From the NCBI GenBank assembly GCA_001643675.2, contig LSRY02000012.1, positions 372,001 through 436,000 on the forward strand: a stretch of 64,000 nucleotides of DNA. The letters are read 5' to 3'. Both the position numbers and the translations under genes were made by a program. Positions 36,389-47,499 of this stretch are shown one piece after another. How positions within the stretch are numbered: the first letter of the stretch is position 1; each line of letters opens with the position of its first letter. The notes under the pieces were generated by a model. It made no database searches. It was not told the origin of the DNA and saw only the letters and a program-made list of their open reading frames with translations. The stretch is from Monocercomonoides exilis PA203 (lineage: Eukaryota; Protista; Preaxostyla).

Positions 36389-38174
36389 TCACTTATTGAC
36401 AAATGATAGAGGATCAGATCCAGCTGTTGTGTGAGTGATTTGTTGTATCTCAAGGTTTTCTGAATCTATTTGTAATTCACTTTGTTGCTGTATTGCAATC
36501 TTTAAAACTGCTTGCTTAAGAGCCTCATCTCGCGAAACAAAAGTTGTGTGCTTTGAGTTGTTGTGGGTTAGTGAAGAGCTGAAAAGTATTTGTGCCAAGA
36601 GTAAAAGATTTTGTTCTTCGACAAATAAAAATGCATTTGGACCAGCGTCAAATGTGTAAAAAACCTAGAAAGCAAACAAATAAAAAGCAAAGCGAAAAAA
36701 TAAAATAATAATATAACAAAAAGAAACAATAAAATTACCTTTGGTATTTTTTGTGTTTCGTTAAAATTCTTTACAAGTTGGATAATTTTTTTTGAAGTGT
36801 CACTTAAATAACCATTAAGAGGAGAAAGAGTTTCTTCGCAGCATTGATGAAATTCATCACATTCCTAATGTAAGCATTAAAGAAAATTTGATCTTCATTT
36901 TTTAGAATGAAGTAAAACAAAATCAAACTTCCATCGTCACATTCGCCAAAGTTGCAAAATCCTTCTCAAGTATTGCTCTTTTTGCAATTTCTATTCGCTT
37001 AGATGTATTTTTAATACGTTTCTATCAAATAAATAAATAAATAATTATTATTAGAAAATGATGCGATTTATGACAAAAGTTTAAGATTCAATCAAACAAC
37101 TTCGAATATAAATATCATAATCATACATCTTTCCACAGAGGAAATGAAGCTAGCTTTTTCATCCCTTCAGTACTGCTAACTTTCTTTTGAACATTGCTCG
37201 TTTCACAAACAAATAGATGAAGGGTCGGCCAGTGATTGCACTCCGCAATCTGTAATGAACCAGATGAAATATGTGACTTGTCAAAAATAGAAGGTTCAGA
37301 TGAAGAACTTGTTCCATCTGAAGCAAAACTCTTTTTCCAATGAACAAATCCCCCATAAATACTGCGACACGCAGACCCGCTTCCGCGCCGAGCAACCATT
37401 GAAAGTTCTAACAAAGGAAGATGCGTTGACTGGATTTGAATTGTTTTATCCTTGGGAATAATAAGCATTTCATCAGAAAGAGGCTTAGATGATTCTGCAA
37501 ATGCTTGTAGTAGCTGAGGAGGTATAGGTATTCCAAGTTCATGCGAAACATATTGATATAAAGAAAGGACTGATAATTTTGAAAATTAATAAAATACAAT
37601 TAAAACATTGGACACCTAATGCTGAATAAGCCGATGCAGAAGAAGCAAAACCAGCAGCCGTAGGAAAGGAATTTTCAGATTTAATATAAAAAAATATTTG
37701 CCGCGTCTCTCTTAAATTTGTACGAAGAAGACTGCGAAAAAAATCTAACAGGGATTTCATTCTGTCAGTGATTGGAGCTTGCCTGAGAAAACCACAGACA
37801 ATAATTTTTAAAATAATACATCACACATACTTTCCGTTTAATTCGAAATAGTCATTAGCATCTTCTCCTTTTTCTTTCTAATTGTTCAAAAATATTTTTT
37901 ATTTAAATTTTATTGCATAATGGCTAACCTGCTTTACTGTTGTCGTAGTTTGAAAATCATCTCTATTTAATGTCATGCTTATTGAATCGTTCATTGGTAT
38001 TATTAAATTTTCATCCTCTTTTCCCCAATATTTTATAAATGCAATATTTGGAGCGCTTATTGTAGTTGATGTTAAACTTTCCTAATTTTACCCAAATAAA
38101 TATAATAATTTTTAACAAACATAATAAATAGTATTTACTTTAATTTATTTACACATTAACTGCATAAATACCAT
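36389..38174 (-). CDS. MVD1: Diphosphomevalonate decarboxylase (mevalonate pathway)
   Basis: Eight exons, seven GT-AG introns. Motifs [73 protein letters not shown]. Confidence 0.95.
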
Positions 38175-38226
38175 TCTATTTTGATCCGTTGATCATTTAT
38201 TCTAACTTTTTTTTTGAGTATATTAG
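38175..38226. promoter_or_regulatory. Putative bidirectional promoter region between MVD1 and calreticulin
   Basis: Only 52 bp separate the two inferred divergent ATGs. Confidence 0.5.
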
Positions 38227-39586
38227 ATGCTATTAACTCTTGTTAACTTTTTATTTCTTGCCCAATTCATTGAATCAAAAATATACTTCAAAGAAGAATT
38301 TGACAGTTTGTATTTTTCAAGATAATATTTACTGATTAGCAAATTACTTTTAATGGAAAACATGAAATTTTTGAAAATTCTTTTTTTCAGAGGATTGGGC
38401 TTCAAGATGGGTAATCAGCACTGCACTTCCTGAAAGAAAGCTTGGAAAATGGGGTTTGGGAACACCACCAAAATATCATAACAAGGAAAAGGCAAAAGGG
38501 CTGAAAACATTCACAGATCACCGACATTATCTCATCAGCGCTGATATGGGTAAAACATTTTCCAATGAAGGAAAGACGTTGATTTTATCATATTCTGTGA
38601 TGTATCCAGAATATAAAGACTGCGAAGGAGCATACATCAAATTGTTGCCAGAAGTGATAAACCAAGAAAAATTCAACGCAACAGATCCTTATTACATCAT
38701 GTTTGGACCAGATATTTGCGGAAGAGATAAGAACTTCTTCCAGTTTGTGATTATGAAAAATCAAAAGGCTCATCCAATCAAAAAGATCATCAACAGCACT
38801 GCAGATGCAGGAACACATTTATATACATTGTTCCTTCATTTTGAGAACTACACCTATGAAATATTTATTGATGAAGATAGAAAATATGATGGTAAGCTTT
38901 GGGAAGACTTTGATTTTATGGAGCCACCTATGGTTTGACTTGTCATTTTTTATTTCAACTTTGCTAAAACTAAATTTTCTCTTTTTAAGATTCCTGATCC
39001 TGACGCAAAGCAACCAGATGATTGGGAAACAGATCCAGACATTCCGGATCCAACAGACAAAAAGCCAATGAACTGGGATCAGCCAATGGTGATTCCAGAT
39101 CCAACAAAGAAGAAGCCTTATGATTGGGACGAGGCTACTGAAGGGCCTTGGGTGCAGCCAATGGTGAAGAACCCAAGATACAAAGGGAAGTGGGTTCCAA
39201 GGTTGATTTACAATCCGAAGTACAAAGGAGAATGGAAGCCGCCTCTGATCCCTAATCCAAAATATGCTCCGCAGCTGAAGAAACTACCGTTTAAGCGCAT
39301 CAGATACATCGGCTTTGACTTGTGGCAGGTGACAGCAGGGACGCTCTTTGACAACATCTTTGTTGGGGACGATGTGGACGAGTACAAGACATTTGTGTCT
39401 CAGACATGGGAGCTGCAGAAGAAAGCAGAAAAGGGAGCATCGGAGACAAGCACAAGGGATGGCAATTTGATGGATGTGGAGCCAGAGAATTACGATGATG
39501 AACCTATTCCGGATGACACAGAGCTAGCTGACGAGGATATCGACAAGGAAGATGACGACTTCGAAGATGAAGGTATTTCCATTTAA
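38227..39586 (+). CDS. CRT: Calreticulin
   Basis: Introns 38306-38390 and 38933-38989. Signal peptide, IYFKEEFD, DCEGAYIKL, YYIMFGPDICG, P-domain IPDP..KKP.DWD and W.P..I.NP.Y repeats, IGFDLWQVTAGTLFDN, acidic tail. Confidence 0.95.
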
Positions 39587-39995
39587 TTACAGCACCTCAC
39601 GGAGGCCTTGCACAAATGTTGTTCTTATCAAAATGTTATTTTGCGTGATTTCCCCTTTTACTTCTCTCTGTTGTTTGTCCTTATGGATTATTTTCCTCTT
39701 GTTTTGTTTATCTTTAAAAATTGTGTCATAAATGTTTTTTAAAAGCATCTTCAAAATGCGTATGTTGTGTTTTATTTTTTGAAAATTGAACAAATAAATG
39801 CTTAAAACAATAAAAGCGTAATAAAAAAGCAAAAACAAAAAAATACACACAAAAACAAAATATGTTGACTGACTTTGTAAATAATTGTGAAACTATCTCT
39901 TCCTGTAATCAAAGCAAGGAAGAAACACATTAAAAAGAATGATCATTTTTACTATTATGCATTCGAGCACATTCATTAAACCAACCAGAGAATTA

Positions 39996-41930
39996 TCAAA
40001 CAGCCAGCTCCAATTGCTTCATTTCCTTTGTTAAGTTGTCTTCATTTGTCGGAGTTTTAACTTGCTGCGTGCCTGGTTGTTGTGCTGATTTTTCTATCTT
40101 TCTCTGCATCTGAGCAGAATCTTTATCATTTGCTGCATCAGTCTTGGCCTTCTCTTTGCCTTTCTCATCCTCCGCAATCAGCTCATTCAGCATCGCCTCA
40201 ATTTCATCGTCAGACAAATTGTCGCTTCCAGTCAAATCTTTCCCTCCCAGTGAGCTCGCCATATCGTCCTGGATTTGGTCCAGCTCTTCCATTCTGCTGC
40301 TGACAGCGTCTGCCACTTTGTCCGCATCTTGCAGCATGTCAATAGCTTCGCTAAGAGCTTTCTCTGCATCGCCATACACATCCATCACCTCCTTGTCAGT
40401 CTTTGCGGAATCTATCTGCAACAGTATCCTCTGCAGGTTGTGCAATGTCTGCTCCTGAATTATTGATATGAGATACATGCATATTATGAGAAATGATAAT
40501 GAAAACAAGAATGTTATTTTTTAAAAGTGAAGAAACAAACATTTTGGCCCATTCGACGTTCAATTGTAAGTTTTGTCTTTGCGATCGATAAGCCAATTGT
40601 GCGATTTGTTTTTGCAATCTCATGAAGACGTGCAGTTGCTCTTCATAAATGCAAAATATTTATTTTTTAAATAAAAACAAAAATCCAAAAAAAAAAAATA
40701 TTGAATATTTCAGATAACATTATTCAAAATATCTTTAGAATAAAATATTTCAAACTGTTTACGTTGCTCTCCCAGCATTAATTGAAATTCTGAAATGCTC
40801 TCTATCGCTGCTTTCAATCGAACCACTGCCTTTTCTGTTATTGACAGCGATGCTTGATGAGATGACTTGGAAGAGGAAGAAATCTTCTCTTTCGATGAAG
40901 ATTTCAAAAATTTAACAAACTGTTAGTCGATGCACAATATGATTGCAAAATTCATAATAATCATTGCTTTCATAACAAAAAAAGATGAGCTTTTCAAACT
41001 GTTATTTTTGGCTCATTGACAATAATTGTCTCAGCTTTTCCTTCTTTCATAAGTTGCCCAATTGACAGCTCGCAGCATTGACTTACATCTGCTTCGTTTA
41101 TTTTAATCAAATCTATTCCTGCTTTGTGTTCATTCATTCCCTCTCTTTTTTGAATTGCTGTGTCAAGTGAACAACTATAATTTTGGCTTATGACTGGACA
41201 TTCTTTAATCTGTTTGATAGAAATGATTTGATTTGATGGAACAGAAGCCAATGAGGAATAATTGTAATAAAGCTTATTGGCACAGTCCTTAAATTAAGTG
41301 AGCAAATTACATCAAATTTCTTAAATATAGTTGAAAGATCACACTATAAGGTTTTGAATAACAATATATCTATGATCTTCGTTTTCGCTTGATTCTTTCT
41401 TTATTCCAGGCAAAATCCACTGAAGGGCAGCAAGAGTCCATTTGAGAGGTGCTGCTATTAACGTGGATAGCCAGCTCTGCTTTGGAGATGCGGAAGACTC
41501 ATTATCACTTTCAAGTTGATGAACTGCATTTACTGATTGATATTCAATAACAAAATTGTGATAAGGAACTAGAATGCCTTCTTTTTCAAATGTTTTCTAT
41601 TTAATTAATAGTTTTTATATGTTTATAAGCAAAATAAATTCTGAAAAAAGAAACCAGTATTTCATGAATGCCCATTGGCTTAAGCGATCCACGCGAAAAA
41701 ATATTAGTTATGTCGTCTTCATTAATTTCGATAATTGAAAAATATTTCCATAGTGATTGTATTGATTGCTTCCAAAAATCAACTCTATATTGCCACTTCG
41801 CAGCCCACTGTTCAGGGTCAACAGACGATTTATCTGGGATTTCTGTAAAATAAAGCATTATTTTTGAATCATCTTTCCAATTTGGTATTGTTTTTAAAAA
41901 TTCTTCGCGCTGATTCGATGAAATAATCAT
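39996..41930 (-). CDS. CHMP7: CHMP7/Chm7/Cmp7 ESCRT-II/ESCRT-III hybrid protein
   Basis: Five introns. N-terminal winged-helix region (W.DD..IMLYF...DFWK...FSRGSLKPMGIHEIL), W-rich loop SWLSTLIAAPLKWTL, C-terminal Snf7 domain (LHNLQRILLQIDSAKTDKEVMDVY...DDEIEAMLNEL). Confidence 0.88.
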
Positions 41931-42471
41931 TTTACAGAAATTAGAAAAATATTAAGGGGTAAAATATTGCTTTTCATAAAAACTAAAAATTTGAGTAATG
42001 CAAAAATTCAACAAAAACTACTAAAATATTGCATCCCTTTAACGAATGGATAAGTTGCGCAAACTTTATCAATCATTTCATTGAAAAAAAGAATTTTTTA
42101 GCGATAGGAACCTCTCTTTTATGAAAATTGCATTCGAGGAGATTCCATTTTAGAAAAGAACGCTCGACGTCCAATTGAATATATGAGGGGAAAAATGTTG
42201 AAGTTATATTGCTTTTGCGAATTTAACTTAGGTGTTGCATTTTGTGCTCTTAGAAATTGATTTAATTAAATTTTCAACTTTCAATCCAATTTCTTCGATA
42301 TTTTGAATAAGCTTCTTCAACATTGATGATACATTGATAAAAAACTTGATAAAAATAATTCAAATAAATCATATAGCAAAAATGATACCAAAATTTCATT
42401 AAATAAAATAAAATAAAATAAAATGTTACCTTTGATATGTCCGTTTCATATCCTTTCAAAATAGAAAATTT

Positions 42472-44969
42472 TCAGCTTTCGTTTACTTCTTCATTGCGAA
42501 ATTCGGAATCTCCTCCGATTGATAACTCCCAATAGCCAGGCGGCGTCAATGGAGGTGTGCGTGGATGCCTGTGACGAGACATGTCAAGAAGATGATGCAG
42601 ACCCAACCGTTGGCACACGTCCAAAAACTGAAGTTTGAAAGAAAAGAAAAGAAAAGAAAAAGTTAATGCAAGATGATAAAATATAAAAAGCACATGCATT
42701 TCCACATTCAGGACATATGTATCCTTTCATTTGCTCCCTTTGATGTTTCCTTCTCTCAACAGTCTCTCTGCTTTTCGTCGTGTCAGATGCTACAATAACT
42801 GAAGGACGAGAAGCTGATGGTAATGATGGCAAAGGCAGACGCTGCATAGATGCCGAAGGAGAATGTGAGTCCTTCACTTCTTCAGACGCATATTTCATTG
42901 AAGAATTGCTTTCTGTTTTCTTCTGAAGAGGAAGAGCAGAGGCAGGTGAAGGAGAATGCTCTTCTGCCACTTCATCTTCGACTAAAATAACCTCCTTTTC
43001 GTGTGAGGTCGAAAGAGACAGGGTATGAAACGGAATCTTACTTGCAATTGGAGGCTGAAAAAGAGACGGAGAATCATTTTCGTTGTCGTCAGACTGAGAA
43101 AACTTCAAAATCTGCTCTTCATTCTCCTCATTTGCTTGATTTTCTGCTTTCCCCGTGCGATGTGTCATCTCTTCAACCTGAGGTTCTAATTCATTGTGCA
43201 GTTTAGCCACAGCTGGAAGGCGATGATGGAAGAGCTTGGGCGACGTGAGCATTGGCGGAGAAGGAGCATTCTGCAAAACTGTAAGCGCACCTGTGGAAAC
43301 AGACGTGAGAGAGGGAAACGCAGGCATGCAAGTCGACAGCAGCTCTTCTGGATGAAAAAGAGCAGGAGAAGTCACGTTCATTGTTCCTGTTGACTCCATG
43401 TTATGCGCCGTTCCAGTTTTCATTCGCTTCCGATCAGATGAAGAATCTTGTTTGAATAAACTGCTTTTGTCTCCTATTTCTCTGTCGTTTCGGGTGCGTT
43501 TGCCCAAACGTTTTGGATTTTCATTTTCTGATATTCCTGCTTCATCGTTGCTTAAATCGAAAATTTTACTATTTTTTCCTTTTGAAATGGACATATTCGA
43601 AATGAAATTACCTTTATTTTCTTTAACAACATCATCTCTGTTATCATTTTTTTTGTCACTATCATTCTCATCATCATCATCGTCGTCGTCGTCTCGAATG
43701 ATAATGCGAGGCGAGACGATGTTCTTTTTGAGTGTCTGTGGAGGAAATAGAGTCGATCTCTGGTTTGGCATTAGTGAGGAATTAGACCGACTGATAAGAA
43801 GAGGAGAGGATAAAATGGCCTCCTCTGTTTGTTTATCATCTTTTGTTGCTTCTGCTTTCAATAAATCCGAATCTCCAATTATTTTATTCCTCATTTTATG
43901 AAAGCGATCAGGTGTCTTTATATGTGTGATAGGCGAGGAATTATCAGAAGATGAAGGAGGCGAAGCTGAATCACGTGATGAATTAGCTGACTCTGAAGAT
44001 GCAATTCCAGTTGTTGCTGCATCAAATGCTTCTGCTGAGGATTTATCCAATCGATGCTTTGCCAAAGACAGAGGAGATAGTAGCTTTGGCTCAAACGTTA
44101 TTTTGGATTTATTCTTCTTGCTTTCTGATTGAATATTATCTTTTGAATGCAGATCGTAACTTTTACTTGTGGTTTGATGGTTTTTTTCAATATCGGATTC
44201 TAAAGCATTTTGATTTTCTTCATTTTTTTGTTTCATTTCTTCGAAATTAGTTTGCTTTGCAACCAAAGGATTGTGAAAAGGAGATTTAATTACAAAAAGA
44301 GGCGAAGAAGGTGGATCAGATATTGTGGGAGAAGGCTTAGGAGATTGAGGCAAAGGTGAAATTTCTGATATGCCATGCATTGAAAATGAACCTGAAAAAG
44401 CGGAAGATTGAGGAGAATCAGATGGCGATAGAAGAAGCGTTCCATTTGAAGTTAGTGATGGAAGTGGACTCGAAGATGGAGAATACTTTAAAATAGATAT
44501 GTTCTCTGCTGGAGTACTAGCATTTGAATTTGTGGATTGTAGCCTTCTTTCCAACTCTGACAACGATATTTCGAGAGAGGGAGTCGATTCTCCATCTAAA
44601 TACATTTTCATTCAAGAAAAGGTAGCAAAAGCAGTATTAGCAAACCTGTTTTCTTTGAAGGAATAGATTTTTTTAATCTATAATATTTTGTTAGAACAGT
44701 ACTTAACAACTTTTTTCTGAGATGTGATTCTTCCCTAACTTTCTGCAGTTCCAAATTGAGCCTAGAATTTTCCTTTTCAAGGATTTCTAATCGTTGAAGT
44801 ATTTGATTCGAATCAACTTTGTTTTTTGGAACGTATTTTTAAATAAAGATGAAAGAAATTTCATAAAAAATGGAAAATGAAAAAATATAACATAAAAATT
44901 TATAAAACTGTGAACTTCTTGTTGCCTCCCCAAAAAATATTGCTCATTTCTTGGGGGTTCATCCGTCAT
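42472..44969 (-). CDS. CTIP: CtIP/Sae2/Ctp1/Com1 DNA end-resection factor
   Basis: N-terminal coiled coil (LQRLEILEKENSRLNLELQKVREE), long disordered middle, C-terminal Sae2 domain R.K..REQMKGYICPEC...SRHR...TPPGYW assembled across a GC-AG intron (42697-42628). The extreme 3' end may have further small exons. Confidence 0.88.
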
Positions 44970-45205
44970 AAATTTTTGTCAGCTTAGAAATTAAAAAAAT
45001 GAAAATGTGATAATTAAAAAATTTAGGGATGGTCATTTTTGTTGAAATAAAATGTTATCTATCAAAAAATAAATGAATGGGAACAATACAGAACAAAAGT
45101 TTCAATGGTAATTTTTCAATATTCTTTCATTTATCGAATAATTTTTTTGATCGACAATTTTTATTAGATTCGATTCTTTGCGTTATTTTGAGAAATATTC
45201 GTTAA

Positions 45206-47201
45206 ATGACGGAAATTTCCGATAACATACCACTTCCGTCTCCATCTCCTTCCTTGTTTGATCCTCAAGTTCTCTCTCCTCAAAGAAATAAGAAAAAAAG
45301 GACTCTCGACACTTCAGATTGGATAATCTTCACAATACTTATTATCCCTTTTATTATCATCATTTTCCGATTTTCAATGCTACGTTTTAATGTCTTTGCA
45401 TATTTCACTCCCTCGCATCTCAAGACTCTTTGGCAAAAAGCCGGATTTTCTCGCCTTTCAGTTTCAATCATTTTCATACTTTTTGCAATTGTGTTCTCGA
45501 TGATGATTCTTATGAGATCGAAAAGACCTGTTTATTTGCTTGATTATGTTTGTTGGCAGCCTCCTGAACAAGTGGCTATATCTCATGATGAATACTTAAA
45601 GAGAGCACAAGAATCTGGATGTTATACGCAAGCTTCGTTAGATTTTCAACGCTTTCTTCTCACTCACAATGGACTTAGCAACTCTACTTATCTTCCTCCC
45701 CAGGTTTTCAATCCTCAAATGACCCTCAATGACTGTCTGACTGAAGTTCTAACTTGCGTGTTCGGTATTCTTGACAAGCTTTTTGCAGAGAATCCGTTTT
45801 TTGATGCTCAGAGTCAATTGGATATTCTTATTATTGCTTGTCCATCCTTTTCCACGCAACCATCTGTGTGCGAGTATGTTTGCAACCGATATAAATTGAA
45901 AACATCCATAAAGAGTTATTCGCTCTCTGGAATGGGAACTGCAAGTGGATTGCTTGCAATAGACTTAGCGCAAGATCTATTGCAGACGAAATCGCAACTG
46001 CACGCTGTGGTTATAACCACAGATTGCTGCAATGCGAACTGGTATCGAGGAAACGACAAGGACTTGCTTGTGGCAAACACTTTGTGGAGATGGGGCGGAG
46101 CGGGTGTCCTTCTGTCTAACAGCTCGAAAGACCAGCGATACGGAAGATACAAGCTCCTCAAGTGCATCAGAACAAACATGGCACAGAACGATGATTGCTT
46201 CAGATCAATCGAAGTGAAAGAAGACGATGAAGGGAAAGCTGGAATGCATCTGAGCAAGACATTGAGAAGGCCAATGGGAATTGGACTGAAAATGAACATC
46301 AACATGCTCTGCCCATACAGTATGTTTTAATTTTAATGAGCTATATTTTTGGTGATTTTCATTTTCATTCTGCTTTTCTGTTGTTATTCCTAATTGACTT
46401 TTTTATTGTGGTAATTGTAATTATTTATTCATTTATTTCCCTCTTCAAGTTATGTCGATGGATGACCTGTTCCGCGTCTCCTTGAACCGCTGGCTGAAAA
46501 AACACTTCAACACACAGCTGCCGTTCAAGCTGGACTTCACCAAATACATCAACCACTTCTGTGTGCATGCGGGAGGCATCAAGCTTATCAACGACATCCG
46601 TCGCAACCTTTCTCTCTCCGACGATACGATCGAAGCTGCATACGCCACACTCTCCCGGTACGGCCTCCTTTCTGGCCCGTCGCCGTGGTACCAGCTGGCG
46701 TTCCTGGAGCGAAAGAAGCGCATCCGCAGAGGGGACACGATCTGGCAGCTGAGCTATGGAAGTGGGTTTATTTCAGTCTCTGCCACGTGGATAGCACTTC
46801 GAGGGAGTGATTTGGATGCGACGGGCGATTCGTGGCCGGAGTTGATTGTGGATCCGTCCCATCAGTACACGCTGGGCACGGGTGGGGATGAGCAGGAAGT
46901 GGAAGAACAGGAGAGAGGGGCAGAGGAGCAGAGGGAGGAGTCAGAACGAGAAGAGGAGGAGGAGAGGATGGATGAAGAAGGAGAAGAGAGCGAAAGAAAT
47001 GATGTTATGCGGAAAAAGACTGATTCAGACGAGCAAGGCATCAGAAGTGGCAGAAGCAATGGTGTGCTTGATGAAGAGGATGATGAACAGAATCAGGAGA
47101 ATTCAATAACGCAGGAAGACGAGCGCTTTCTCGAAGAGACGAAGCAGATAATGCAACGGAAAGTGCAGATTGTTCGGCTTGTTCCACACGATCCAGAGTG
47201 A
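45206..47201 (+). CDS. KCS: FAE1/CUT1-type 3-ketoacyl-CoA synthase-like protein (catalytic residues substituted)
   Basis: Intron 46320-46449. Two N-terminal TM helices, RPVYLLDYVCW, NWYRGNDKDLLVANTLWRWGGAGVLLSN, EDDEGKAG, HFCVHAGG, RGDTIWQLSYGSGF, acidic tail. Confidence 0.9.
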
Positions 47202-47499
47202 GCAATCGTGTCCGCACATTGTTATTTTCCACTTCCTTTATTCAGTTCGGCACTTAATGTGCTTTTATTATAATGTTTTTTTTTTTTTATTTCATTGGGT
47301 TTTGTTCAGCGAAACCAAGCTGATATTAGTTTGGTTTATTTTGTTACGATGCGAGTTAGAGTTGCAAAGTTGAATCGACCTGAGTTGGTTCTTTTATCTG
47401 TTGCTGTTTTCGATGGCTGTTTTCGATTTTTGCACAGAGGATTAAGAAAAAAAAGAAAAAATAACGGAATTTCTTCAAAGAAAATAAAATTATAATAAT

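Noticed and set aside
39573-39592. Possible 20-nt GT...CAG mini-intron removing the calreticulin stop codon
   Set aside because: Far shorter than the other introns here (about 45-130 nt), and the spliced product still lacks an xDEL ending.
42200-42490. Possible extra 3' exons of CtIP or a small separate gene (GTAAAC and GTAACA donors)
   Set aside because: Plausible splice sites, but the phases give only short or inconsistent products; needs RNA data.
4971-47201. Lipid-metabolism gene cluster (OSBP, MVD1, KCS)
   Set aside because: Genes are widely separated by unrelated housekeeping genes and act in different pathways.
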